This document shows positions 10,483 to 22,875 of a stretch of 64,000 nucleotides of DNA, one piece after another. Position 1 is the first letter of the stretch, and the number at the start of each line of letters is the position of its first letter. The DNA is from Candidatus Melainabacteria bacterium 17Bon1m (GTDB taxonomy: Bacteria; Cyanobacteriota; Vampirovibrionia; Obscuribacterales; Obscuribacteraceae), in the NCBI GenBank assembly GCA_032128875.1, contig JAVLKG010000010.1:96001-160000 (forward strand), written 5' to 3'. The notes beneath the pieces were generated by a model. The model was not told the DNA's origin, ran no database searches, and was given only the letters and a program-made list of their open reading frames with translations. A program made the translations under genes and the position numbers.

Positions 10483-10674
10483 ATTGCGCCCCTCCTTTGC
10501 AACCAAGTTTTGAACAGTGGGTTAGAAACCCGCGTTAGATAATGCGCTTCGCGTTTGATAGCTACGCATTCTTCCGAGGGAGGGGGGATGCCAATTGATA
10601 AGTTATCGTGAATCATCTGTATATAAGCCGTTTGCGGTCCTACAATTTAAGGACGAGTCCGGGGTATAGAGCCG

Positions 10675-11688
10675 ATGCCAATCAGAAAGAAAGTCACAAT
10701 CCTTGGGTCTGGAGCTGCCGGTTTAACCGCAGCTATTTACGCAGCCAGAGCCAACCTTGAGCCGCTGGTCATCCAGGGGCTGCAAACCGGCGGTCAATTG
10801 ACCATTACCACGGATGTTGAAAATTTCCCGGGTTTCCCTAATGGCATTCAGGGTCCTGAGCTCATGGAGCAAATGATTGCTCAAGCCGAGCGATTCGGAA
10901 CCCAATACATCTACGACAATGCCGAATCAATCGACCTCTCGAAGCGTCCATTCACCATCAAGACGTCGAGCGAGGAAATTCTCACCGACGTTCTAATCAT
11001 CTGCACCGGCGCTTCAGCGAAATTGTTGGGCTTGGAAGCAGAACACAAACTTATGGGTCACGGAGTATCTGCCTGTGCCACGTGCGACGGCTTTTTCTTC
11101 AAAGAGAAGAAAGTATTCGTAGTCGGCGGTGGCGACACAGCGCTTGAAGAAGCGATGTTCTTGACCAGATTCGCCACATCAGTGACAGTCATCCACCGTC
11201 GCGAAGCCTTCAGAGCATCAGCGATCATGATTGAGCGCTGCAAGCGCAACGCCAAGGTTGACTATCTGCTCAACTCCGTTTTGGAAGACATCAACGACGT
11301 TTCTAAAGGCGAAGTCACAAGCGTCAAAGTGCGCAATATCAAAACCAATGAAGTGCAAGAGCTGCCGGCCGACGGTGTTTTCATCGCAATCGGACACCAG
11401 CCCAACACTGATTTGTTCAAAGGACATTTGCCGCTCGACGAAAATGGCTACATTAAGTCCAACGGCGTCTTCACCGATATCAAGGGCGTTTTCGCCGCCG
11501 GTGACGTAATGGATTCAGTCTACAGACAAGCAGTTACCGCTGCAGGAACCGGCTGCCAAGCCGCCCTCGAAGCGCAATGGCTCCTTGAAAAAGAAGAGGC
11601 TGAAGGCGAGATGGGAAAGCCTGAAGAGGCGAAAGCCGGAGCCGGAGCTGTTCGCGAACCTGCTAAAGCCGATAGCCTGAGATCGTAA
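10675..11688 (+). CDS. trxB: Thioredoxin-disulfide reductase
   Basis: GSGAAG, GGQL, GVSACATCDGFFF, GGGDTA, HRR, FAAGDV. Confidence 0.97.
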   Translation: MPIRKKVTILGSGAAGLTAAIYAARANLEPLVIQGLQTGGQLTITTDVENFPGFPNGIQGPELMEQMIAQAERFGTQYIYDNAESIDLSKRPFTIKTSSEEILTDVLIICTGASAKLLGLEAEHKLMGHGVSACATCDGFFFKEKKVFVVGGGDTALEEAMFLTRFATSVTVIHRREAFRASAIMIERCKRNAKVDYLLNSVLEDINDVSKGEVTSVKVRNIKTNEVQELPADGVFIAIGHQPNTDLFKGHLPLDENGYIKSNGVFTDIKGVFAAGDVMDSVYRQAVTAAGTGCQAALEAQWLLEKEEAEGEMGKPEEAKAGAGAVREPAKADSLRS

Positions 11689-12437
11689 TGGTTGAAATAC
11701 AGTACAGTGCAGCGCGTCTGAAAGCCGGGCGCGTCGGATGTTCAGTGCCAAAAGAAAAAATGGCGCAGATGGCGCGTGAGATCGCGGCGAAGCATCCGTG
11801 CGCAAGTCATCCGCTTTTCGAATATCTCGATCGCACAAAGTTGAACCACGAGCAAATCCGTGGATTTCTAGCTAATTACGATGCACACGCATCATTATTG
11901 CGCCGCCTTTTATTGAAGGCCGCCACTATCATGCCGGAAGAAGCGGTCGGCTACATCTTGGAAAACGTGCGCAACGAATACGGCAATGGCAATCCAGACC
12001 ATCGCCATCAACTGCAACTGTTTGATTTGTCCATCCGCGCCGGAGTGAGCGTTGAAGAATTGGAAAAAACACCAATTCAGCCCAGCGTGCAGAAATATAT
12101 GGAACTGGTTCCACAGTACTATTTTCCGCAAATAAGTGAATCGGATACAGGATCGATTGCTGCGGCGATTTCCGCAGGCGCGATAACTGCGACCGAAATT
12201 CTGGCCATCGAAGAATTTCGCCACATGCAGAATAGCTTTGTTCACCACGGGCTAGAACACCATATATGGTTCGACCACGTAACTGTGGAAGTCGAGCACT
12301 CTGACGAGTCAGTCGCACTGGCGGTGTTTTTCTCCGACACAGAAGACGGGGTTGAGTCGGTTTTGGTTGGGCTGAATTCTGTTCTCGATGCCAACATGCA
12401 TCTGTACGACGGTCTTTTAGCCGCCGCCGGTGGCTAA
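11688..12437 (+). CDS. Heme-oxygenase-like diiron (iron-containing redox enzyme; CADD/PqqC/TenA fold) protein
   Basis: ENVRNEYG...DHRH, ATE and WFDHVTVEVEH ligand pattern; TAATG overlap with trxB. Confidence 0.78.
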   Translation: MVEIQYSAARLKAGRVGCSVPKEKMAQMAREIAAKHPCASHPLFEYLDRTKLNHEQIRGFLANYDAHASLLRRLLLKAATIMPEEAVGYILENVRNEYGNGNPDHRHQLQLFDLSIRAGVSVEELEKTPIQPSVQKYMELVPQYYFPQISESDTGSIAAAISAGAITATEILAIEEFRHMQNSFVHHGLEHHIWFDHVTVEVEHSDESVALAVFFSDTEDGVESVLVGLNSVLDANMHLYDGLLAAAGG

Positions 12438-12497
12438 AGCTCGTGGACTCAGGCAATTTTCGAAGTAAGACCACAAATGCTCTAACTTGCGGACGGT

Positions 12498-13076
12498 CTA
12501 GTCGAGTTCGGTGTCGTGCTTGCCTGCCAAAGTCGGCTGAGGAAGCGGAGCCGCGGCTCGTAACTCTGCTTCGAGAAGTCTTTCTGCCGATGCCTTCACG
12601 CGCTCTAGTCTTTTTGCGATGCGCCCTTTGAGCACATGATTGATGATGTGTTCTGAGAAAGGCAAACCTGTATTGAGCACCGAATGCAGTTCTAACTTTG
12701 TGCGACCATTGGATAGATCAGTCAAAATCCAACTACCGCGAAGGTCTTTGAACTTGTCCGAACTAACCATTTTGTAGTCGATACGCTGATTGACCGTTTC
12801 GGTCTGTTCCATCAAACAGACGGCTTCGCCGATGACAGGCATGCCTTTGAACTTTTGCTCGAGCATGATTTTGTCACCCTGTTTTTCAACTACTTTGCTG
12901 TAGGTGAGGTCGGGATCTTCAGCTCTTTCTTTGTGCACGGCATCCCACACAATGCGGGCGGGAGCCTTGATTTCGATGTGTCCACGCGCGCCTTCTTTGT
13001 CAGCACTTTTTGCTGTTGCAGCCGGAGCAAAAGCAAGCAGTGCGATGAAAGCAATTGCAGTTGTGAAAAGTACCAT
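12498..13076 (-). CDS. Exported SRPBCC/START (polyketide cyclase-like) protein
   Basis: IEIKAPARIVWDAV and DKFKDLRGSWIL; signal peptide-like MVLFTTAIAFIALLAFAPAATA from ATG 13076. ORF is open to 13244, so the start is uncertain. Confidence 0.72.
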   Translation of the reverse strand: MVLFTTAIAFIALLAFAPAATAKSADKEGARGHIEIKAPARIVWDAVHKERAEDPDLTYSKVVEKQGDKIMLEQKFKGMPVIGEAVCLMEQTETVNQRIDYKMVSSDKFKDLRGSWILTDLSNGRTKLELHSVLNTGLPFSEHIINHVLKGRIAKRLERVKASAERLLEAELRAAAPLPQPTLAGKHDTELD

Positions 13077-13606
13077 GGGGTGCGGAACCTGGAGACGACA
13101 CTGGGAACGACTTAAGCTGGCTTGGAATCCGGTGAGTGCGAAGAACGAAAAACAGCCCAAACGCAAGACATAACCGATTGAAAGGAATCGGCTGGGCAGG
13201 AAGGATATAAACAGGCACACTCGATACCATGTACCTAATTTCATTCTAGCGGCTAAAGCGTTTTTGTGTGGGGTTTCGGGGGGATCTCCCCATATTTCAT
13301 TCGCTCAAAAGCTGATGCATACTACTTCTCACTCGAAAGGTTCGGGAAGGTCCCACGAAAGGTTTCCGGCAAACAGCTCAGGCAGAGCATTTTGCATCGT
13401 TAAAGCCTGGCAGAACTGAGCCTAACTATTTGAGTGAAGCGCTACCCTTAACTGAACGATTGACGATTGAAGCTCTGGCAATGAGTGATTCTCACGTCAC
13501 AAAGCTAACTATATTTCATTGATATAAGTTTTCATGGTGGTCCAGGTATAGCAAGCCAGGAATACAATTTCAGTACTCATGAAGGGTTCCAACCGGAGAG
13601 AGAACA

Positions 13607-13723
13607 ATGTCTGTATTGACCAGCCTGGTTGTGGTTGTCGTCGCCACCTACATAACGACCTGGTTCAATGACAAAGTTAGCCGCGCCGATTATCTGGCAG
13701 ACGATTCGATTGAGCCGTCCTGA
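13607..13723 (+). CDS. Putative 38-aa membrane peptide
   Basis: GGAGAG RBS, then MSVLTSLVVVVVATYITTWFNDKVSRADYLADDSIEPS*; below the ORF track cutoff. Confidence 0.5.
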   Translation: MSVLTSLVVVVVATYITTWFNDKVSRADYLADDSIEPS

Positions 13724-13750
13724 GCTCGCTGAATCGGCTGTTTCAAATTC

Positions 13751-14967
13751 GTGCAAACAACTAACGACACTAAACCAAGCGGTGCCAGTCCCATTGACCC
13801 GGCAGGCTTGCGCGTCTGCATGGTCTCAAGGTTGTTTTCACCGGCAGGTGGGCTAGAGCTTTATTGCCATAAAGTCGTAGAAGGGCTGCTTGAACGCGGC
13901 GCGCACGTGACTGTTGTTTGCGAACAGAATCAGTCAAAACTGACTCATCCGAATTTGAAATTTCACACGTTTACTGCGCCTGCAAAAAAACTCTCGAAGG
14001 CCGAGCGGCTAAAGCGGTATTTGGAACTCACTTCTAATGCAGTGAAAGAGGCTGGACCGTTCGATATCGTTCACTCACAGCACCATCCGGTCAATCCGGT
14101 CGATGTGGCTACGTTCCATAACCATACAGTTTTCCGTCTTTCGCAGGTAGGTAAAACTTGGGAGCGCTTGCTCAACAACGCAAAGGTGGCATTCACTGGT
14201 GCCTATCAAGCAAGAAACGAGGTGGACAGACATTTGTCGACCACAGCAAAATGCTTGAACTTCACTTCCAAAACTACCAGAGACGATTTCTACAAAACCT
14301 TTGCTCTGGGCTCAAAGCCAGCGGTTATCTCTTATCCTGGCGCAACGCTGGCAACGCATTCGGATGCGAAAGCAGAGACACATACGGATAGAAACGCAGA
14401 TGCTGACCAGACACGTAAAGACGGCGATGTTTTCACTGTGCTTTTCGTCGGCAAAGGGTTTCGCAAGAAGGGTCTCGACATACTTCTAGAGGCAATGAAA
14501 ACGCTCAAATCCCGAGGCAAGAGCTGTCGCTTATTGATTGCAGGTCTTTCGAAAAAACCTGCAGATGCGTTCCGCCTGTCTAGATTGGGGTTAGACAAAG
14601 AAGTCGAATATCTTGGCTTTCGTCACGACATGGAAAACGTCTATCGCCAGGCGGATGCGATTGTATTACCGTCTCGAATAGAACCCTTCGGAATGTCACC
14701 CATCCAAGGGATGCTGCGAGGACTTGTGCCAATCGTGAGCGCTGTGTCCGGTGTTTCGGAGATTTTGACCGACAACCATGATGCTCTCATCTTGAAAAAT
14801 CACCTTGATCCAGAGGAACTAGCCGGGCTGATTGCCCGCCTTATGAACGATCGTGAACTGACTACTCGCCTATCTTCAGCGGCAATGACAACCGCTAAGG
14901 AAATCACATGGGAAAAGGCAGTAGAATCCACGCTTGTAGCATATGGACAGGCAATAGGAGAGCGAAA

Positions 14968-14971
<4 letters not shown>
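13751..14971 (+). CDS. Glycosyltransferase family 4 (RfaG/WaaG-like)
   Basis: [26 protein letters not shown] motifs. Confidence 0.9.
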
Positions 14972-17286
<2,315 letters not shown>

Positions 17287-17411
17287 TCGGGGCGTTAGAT
17301 TCCAGCCCTCACACGCTTGACAATTCGACCGGTAGTCTAAAGAAAGTTTACGAGGGTAAAGCCGTAAAATCCCCGACTGACGGGGTTTAGAGGTTTTTAT
17401 CCCTCAGTCTA

Positions 17412-17437
17412 GGAACCTTTGTAACTCTTGCCGGTCT
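17412..17437 (+). promoter_or_regulatory. ECF-sigma-type promoter GGAAC-N17-GTCT
   Basis: GGAAC CTTTGTAACTCTTGCCG GTCT; one of five same-spacing copies. Confidence 0.7.
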
Positions 17438-17459
17438 GATGGTGGGTAAGTCTTTCTTG

Positions 17460-19664
17460 ATGGACCCGATGAAGAGTGACCCAATAACCTTTGAGAAGGA
17501 AGACGAGTACGTCGTCGACTCGCGACCGCTTTGTCAGGGAATGCCTTTCGTCCTCACGGACGCAGCGCATCCGCGACTGATTTTGAAGCACGGAAGTCAC
17601 TTCATGGTGCTCGATCAAGAAGCACGAATCCCCGCTTGCAACACGCTGGGCTTCGGCTACTACAATTACGACACACGCTATTTGAGCGAGTGGAATTTCA
17701 CTGTTGACGGTGCCGAATTATCGCTGTTGTCGGCGGACGTGAAGCGCGGCTATGCCGGGAGTTTTCTGTACACAAACCCGCAGACCAACAGCCTCTCGCA
17801 GCAGAACCTCATGGTTCAGCGTCAAATCGTTTTATCCGATGTAGTCTCCGAGCGAATTGTTATTGAGAATTACAGTGCAAACGAGATTACGGTCGAATTT
17901 TGCATGAAGTATCAATCCGATTTCGCAGACATGTTCGAGGTTCGCGGAGTCAACCGTCAAGAGCGCGGAAAGCGCATGTTGCCTCGTAAGGACAAGGAAG
18001 GCAAGCGCCTTTTCCTGGCATATCGTGGACTCGATGACCGTTTACTCGAGACAATGATCGAATTTCGCGGCAGCGCACCCGACACTATCGTCGACGGTGA
18101 GGCGCGCTACAACTTGACCTTGCCACCACGGACACCGTGGTATCTGCAGATCTTCATGTACACAAGAATAGACGGTGAAGAACAATTCGCCGAGCGTCCT
18201 GAAATGGATTTTGCAAACTTGTTGGACGATGCGGACAAACGGTTTTCGCTATGGAGATCAAATGGCGCACAAATCATGACCGAAGACGAGATTGTGAACT
18301 TCGCAGTCGAAAGAGGTTTGCGAGACATCTACATATTGCGTCAACCAACTCCCAGGGGCATCGGCATTGCCGCGGGAATTCCCTGGTACTCGGCGCCTTT
18401 CGGTAGGGACAGCGCAATCACCGGCTGGCAAATGTTGCCTTACCGACCAGACCTTGCGCGCGAATGCATCGAATTGCTCGGCGCGTATCAGGGCACCAAA
18501 GTTGATGAATTTCGCGCCGAACGTCCGGGCAAAATTATGCACGAACTGCGCTTGGGTGAAATGGCTAGATTAGGCTCGATTCCGCATACTCCATATTACG
18601 GTACCGTGGATGCAACAGCGCTATGGTGCATGTTGGTGGCTCGCTATTTCCGATGGACAGGAGACTTGGCTTTTGCCACGGAGATATGGCCGAAGCTGGA
18701 GTTGGCTCTCAGTTGGCTCGACAGTGCCAGCGAGAAAACCGGCTACATATCATATATTCGTGAGAGTGCAGAAGGACTGGAAAACCAGGGCTGGAAAGAC
18801 TCCGGTAATTCAATTGGACACGAAAACGCAGAACTCGCCAAGCCTCCAATTTCTCTATGCGAGGTGCAAGGCTACTTGTATGCAGCGCGCCTGGCTATTG
18901 CCGAAATTGCATCCATACTCAAGAAAGACGAACTGGCAGAACGTTTGCATGCACAAGCGGCAAAGTTGAAGCGCGATTTCAAACGTGATTTTTGGATGCC
19001 AGAACACGAGTTTCCCGCTCTTGCATTAGATGGTGAAGGGAAGCAAGTGAAAGTGTTTAGCTCAAATGCTGGTCATTGTATTTGGTCGGGAATCTTAGAT
19101 GGCGAAATGGCACAGCGTGTTGCAGACCGCATGCTGGCACCTGATATGGACTCCGGCTGGGGTCTGCGAACTCTGTCGACGCAGGCGTCATACTACAATC
19201 CGATGAGCTACCACAACGGCTCTGTTTGGCCGCACGACAACGCGATCATACTCGAAGGTTTTCGAAGAATCGGGCGCATTCGTGACGCGCACTACCTTCT
19301 CAGCGCGATGGCCGCAGTCGCACAGCACCAACGAGATTTCCGCTTGCCTGAATTAGTTTGCGGATTCGAACGCACCAATTGGGGCAGCCCAATCGACTAC
19401 CCTGTGTCTTGCTCGCCGCAAGCATGGGCAGCCGGCAGCATTTTCCAGATGCTAAGCTCTTGTGTCAATTTCGTGCCGGATGCGCATAGAAAAACTCTGC
19501 GGATCGAGGAGCCTTGCCTGCCGGAATGGTTGGAAAGGGTGACCTTCCACAATCTCAAAGTCGGCAATGCCGAACTTGATATCGCATTTAGTGCACTAAA
19601 TGGACACACAAGCTGTCAGATTCTGAGAAAAAACGGCGACTTGAAAGTAATCATTGAAAACTGA
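17460..19664 (+). CDS. Amylo-alpha-1,6-glucosidase / glycogen debranching enzyme family protein
   Basis: SDFADMFEVRG, AAGIPWYSAPFGRDS, PGKIMHELR, YYGTVDAT, NQGWKDS, YHNGSVWPHD, CSPQAWAA. ORF opens at 17439, but that ATG abuts the promoter -10. Confidence 0.92.
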   Translation: MDPMKSDPITFEKEDEYVVDSRPLCQGMPFVLTDAAHPRLILKHGSHFMVLDQEARIPACNTLGFGYYNYDTRYLSEWNFTVDGAELSLLSADVKRGYAGSFLYTNPQTNSLSQQNLMVQRQIVLSDVVSERIVIENYSANEITVEFCMKYQSDFADMFEVRGVNRQERGKRMLPRKDKEGKRLFLAYRGLDDRLLETMIEFRGSAPDTIVDGEARYNLTLPPRTPWYLQIFMYTRIDGEEQFAERPEMDFANLLDDADKRFSLWRSNGAQIMTEDEIVNFAVERGLRDIYILRQPTPRGIGIAAGIPWYSAPFGRDSAITGWQMLPYRPDLARECIELLGAYQGTKVDEFRAERPGKIMHELRLGEMARLGSIPHTPYYGTVDATALWCMLVARYFRWTGDLAFATEIWPKLELALSWLDSASEKTGYISYIRESAEGLENQGWKDSGNSIGHENAELAKPPISLCEVQGYLYAARLAIAEIASILKKDELAERLHAQAAKLKRDFKRDFWMPEHEFPALALDGEGKQVKVFSSNAGHCIWSGILDGEMAQRVADRMLAPDMDSGWGLRTLSTQASYYNPMSYHNGSVWPHDNAIILEGFRRIGRIRDAHYLLSAMAAVAQHQRDFRLPELVCGFERTNWGSPIDYPVSCSPQAWAAGSIFQMLSSCVNFVPDAHRKTLRIEEPCLPEWLERVTFHNLKVGNAELDIAFSALNGHTSCQILRKNGDLKVIIEN

Positions 19665-19755
19665 ATCACGATCGTGATTCTGACTATGAAACTCAAAATA
19701 TCAATTTCACAAAACTAGAAACGGAAGCCACTAGATAGAAGAGGTGCTTTAAATC

Positions 19756-20805
19756 ATGCGTATCGCTCAACTTGCTCCACTAGCTGAAAGCGTTCCACCG
19801 CGGGGATATGGCGGCTCGGAGTTGGTCGTAAATCTCCTCACTGAAGAATTGGTAAAACGTGGACATGACGTCACGCTTTTTGCAACTGCAGATTCGCAAA
19901 CAGAAGGACGATTAATCGAATGCGCACCGGAAGGTTTGCGCGCATCAAGTATCGCGCCGACAAGATGGCACGCATACAACATCAAAGCTTTGATCAAGCT
20001 GGAAGAGATGCAAGGTCAGTTCGACATTATCCACAACCACATGGGATACGCGGCGCTTCCGGCGCTCAGCAAATTCCGCTGCCCTGTGGTGACTACTAAT
20101 CACAACCCGCTCTACGACTACTGCAAAGACATCTATTTTGCTTACGGTCAGATGCAGTTCATCTCAATTAGTGATGCTTACAAACGACTGAATTATCCAG
20201 ACAAAGTCAACTACATCACTACTGTGTACAACGGAATCAATCTGGCAGATTTTGCAATTGACGAGAAGGTGGAGCGTAACCATCTGTTATTCCTGGGCCG
20301 TCTTTGCCAAGACAAAGGCACAAAAGAAGCCATCGAAATCGCCCGCCGTTTGGGCTTGCCGATAAAACTAGCAGGCAAAGTTGATCGCAACGATGAACCT
20401 TATTTCAACGAGTTCATCAAGCCGATGTTGAGCGAACCAAATGTGGAATTCGTGGGTGAGGTTTCAACCGAACAAAAAAATGCGCTCTACAATTCCGCTA
20501 TCGCAACACTGTGCCCGATCAATTTCGAAGAGCCCTTCGGATTAGTTTTCTCCGAATCGCTTGCCTGTGGAACTCCTGTAATGGCTTTCCGCCGTGGCGC
20601 CGCTCCTGAAGTGATTTCGGATGGAGAGACCGGCGTTGTTGGAGAATCCATCGACGAACTAGTGGCACGCTTCGGAGAAATCAGCAGCATTACACAACAA
20701 ACCTGTCGCGACAGGGTCGCCCGCCTTTTCAGCAAAGAGAAGATGACCGACTCGTACTTGAAAGCGTTCGAGCTGGCAATTTCGAACAGCATGGTTAGGA
20801 GATAA
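19756..20805 (+). CDS. Glycosyltransferase family 4
   Basis: MRIAQLAPLAESVPPRGYGGSE and EEPFGLVFSESLACGTPV. Confidence 0.93.
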   Translation: MRIAQLAPLAESVPPRGYGGSELVVNLLTEELVKRGHDVTLFATADSQTEGRLIECAPEGLRASSIAPTRWHAYNIKALIKLEEMQGQFDIIHNHMGYAALPALSKFRCPVVTTNHNPLYDYCKDIYFAYGQMQFISISDAYKRLNYPDKVNYITTVYNGINLADFAIDEKVERNHLLFLGRLCQDKGTKEAIEIARRLGLPIKLAGKVDRNDEPYFNEFIKPMLSEPNVEFVGEVSTEQKNALYNSAIATLCPINFEEPFGLVFSESLACGTPVMAFRRGAAPEVISDGETGVVGESIDELVARFGEISSITQQTCRDRVARLFSKEKMTDSYLKAFELAISNSMVRR

Positions 20806-20820
20806 CGACTAAACCTTATT

Positions 20821-20929
20821 ATAAGGTCGACGCCATGCGTCGACCGCACAGAAGGGCGGTGCATGGCATCGCCCCTATGTCTCTTTTAAGGACATCGCCT
20901 CTATGTCTTTTCTGGCAGGCGTCGTCTCT
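20821..20929. repeat. REP doublet plus two half copies between convergent genes
   Basis: GGTCGACGCCATGCGTCGACC; GGGCGGTGCATGGCATCGCCCCTAT; CATCGCCTCTAT; GCGTCGTCTCTAC. Confidence 0.78.
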
Positions 20930-20942
20930 ACAAAAACGCTGC

Positions 20943-22715
20943 TTATCTCGCTATCGCTTTGATGGCTGATTCGTAGTTTGCTGATGTCGACTCACCGATG
21001 ATGGTGCTCGAAACCTGACCGCTCGGAGAGACAAATACGACTGTCGGAATTGGTCCTACTTTGAATTGTTCTACCAGTGCGTCAGAGCCAGGGGCATCGA
21101 CGTCAATTCGTTGGAAGTCGACGCGGTCTCCATACGTAATGAATAGACGAGTCAGAGCGTCGTTCATTGTCTTGCACTGGTCTGCCCAATTTGCGTAGAA
21201 CGCATAAACACGTCCTTTGCTGAACGACGGCAGAGCAGCAGTCGGAGTATTACCCAACCAAGAATTGCCTAAGCCAAGCAAGTATGTGTTGAACGCTTTA
21301 GACTGATCTCCACCTCTATTCATGCGCATTGCGCGCCGGAACATACGACCGGCCAAGTCGGGCTGACCGCCCTTCATATAAGCTTGTCCCAGCAGTCCAA
21401 TGACATTTGCATCATCGGGTCGTTGGGCCCTCAGTGACTCTAACTGCGAAATTGCCGCCGCGGTGTTACCCGAATCAATAAGTTGAACTTGTTGCTCCAA
21501 CCCAGCTGTGTTGATCGGCATTCTCGGTCCGCCACCGTATCCGCCACCATACTGACCGCCACCGCCGGGATTCATCGCTGTTCCCATCGGACGACGTCCG
21601 TGCCGCCTGCCTACTTTCGCAGTAAGCCAGGAAGAGATGACGCGGAAGTTCTGGTCGCGAGGACCAGGGTCTTGCGTTTGCGCTTCTTCAAAGATCAAAT
21701 GTTCTCCCGGCACAGCAAAAAATGACTTGTCTTTTGCAGCAACGTCGTTAAACAATTCCCATGTGCCTTCTGGCTTGACGAGCTGGTCGCCGTTGCCCTG
21801 CACAAAGAGCACGGGCATATCGGTAACTTTCTTGGCTGCTTCGTGATTCATATTCATGAAGTCTTGGAATTGAATCAATTCTTGCGGAGACAAATTCAGC
21901 TTAGCAAGCGGATCTCCTTGCCACTGGGATTTGAGCTTGGCGTTTTGCGTTGCTTGATTGACAATATCTTGTCCAACGTTGGCGACATTGAATCCACTCA
22001 AGAGATTGAGGAAGACTTTCATGCTCGTCTTGCCTTGATTAAATCGCTCTCCAGCAGGAACCGATGAAATCAAGCCATCAATCAAATCCGGATACATCGA
22101 CGCTGCGCGCAAGGCGATTGCGCCCCCCATCGATTCTCCCAATACATATACTGGAATGCCAGGATTGGCTGCACGAATAGACTCACAAGTTTGTTTGATA
22201 TCTGCAAGGCAGTCGTCAAAGTTCACTTTGCCCTTACCGCCTGCCTTCATCCATGAGCCAAAACCACGCACGTCAATGGCATAGACCGCTATGCCCCTTT
22301 TTGATTGCTCGGTGCCGAAGAATTCATAGGAGTTGCTTTGCAATCCCAGACCGTGGATACAAAGGATGGCAGCTATCGGTTTTTCATCTGGATTGACCCA
22401 AGATCTGCATGGTGCAGCTTGCCTGGATGCAGAACTGGTCTGGTTATAGAGCAAGGAAGTCGGGTCGCTTGAATAGGGGCCACCTGCAGGCTGTGTAGGT
22501 GTCTGCCCTTGCTGGATTGTTTGATTAACGCCGTGCAAAACATTCTTTTGCGCGTTGTTGAGAATCATCTGCCCGGCTTGTTTCAGGAACGATGGAGCCG
22601 CCGGTGGAGAAGACTGCTGCTTGACTTGTGCCATCGATGGAGCCGGCAAAACGCCCACCAAAATCGATACTGCAGTAATTCCACACAATACGAACTTATT
22701 GGAAAGTCTGGTCAT
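20943..22715 (-). CDS. Exported alpha/beta hydrolase (lysophospholipase-like) fused to TPR and thioredoxin-like domains
   Basis: Signal peptide; HGLG, DVRGFG, GESMGG; TPR-like LLGQAYMKGG; C-terminal FYANWADQC...IPTVVFV. Confidence 0.82.
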   Translation of the reverse strand: MTRLSNKFVLCGITAVSILVGVLPAPSMAQVKQQSSPPAAPSFLKQAGQMILNNAQKNVLHGVNQTIQQGQTPTQPAGGPYSSDPTSLLYNQTSSASRQAAPCRSWVNPDEKPIAAILCIHGLGLQSNSYEFFGTEQSKRGIAVYAIDVRGFGSWMKAGGKGKVNFDDCLADIKQTCESIRAANPGIPVYVLGESMGGAIALRAASMYPDLIDGLISSVPAGERFNQGKTSMKVFLNLLSGFNVANVGQDIVNQATQNAKLKSQWQGDPLAKLNLSPQELIQFQDFMNMNHEAAKKVTDMPVLFVQGNGDQLVKPEGTWELFNDVAAKDKSFFAVPGEHLIFEEAQTQDPGPRDQNFRVISSWLTAKVGRRHGRRPMGTAMNPGGGGQYGGGYGGGPRMPINTAGLEQQVQLIDSGNTAAAISQLESLRAQRPDDANVIGLLGQAYMKGGQPDLAGRMFRRAMRMNRGGDQSKAFNTYLLGLGNSWLGNTPTAALPSFSKGRVYAFYANWADQCKTMNDALTRLFITYGDRVDFQRIDVDAPGSDALVEQFKVGPIPTVVFVSPSGQVSSTIIGESTSANYESAIKAIAR

Positions 22716-22875
22716 GTTCAGCTCTCAGAAAGGTACTCGGTATGAGGGCTAAGTTTACCAAAATTGCCCATTTCAAGCCCGTTCGGCATAGTGGAAATCA
22801 AGTTGTGGGCTCGGCTAAAATAGACTGCTCGCAGAGCCCGCCGCCTTTCGCATACCTCGGTATGAAGGAGAGAAA

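Noticed and set aside
11688-12437. CADD-type pABA synthase assignment
   Set aside because: Fold and ligands fit, but the sacrificial Tyr position appears to be Phe and no folate genes are adjacent.
13585-13590. Additional GGAAC sites (13586-13590 and 27345-27349, minus strand) as regulon promoters
   Set aside because: No GTCY at the 17-nt spacing.
21172-21200. Selenocysteine codon in the thioredoxin-like motif
   Set aside because: The codon is GCA (Ala), not TGA. I noticed no convincing in-frame UGA selenoprotein in the window.
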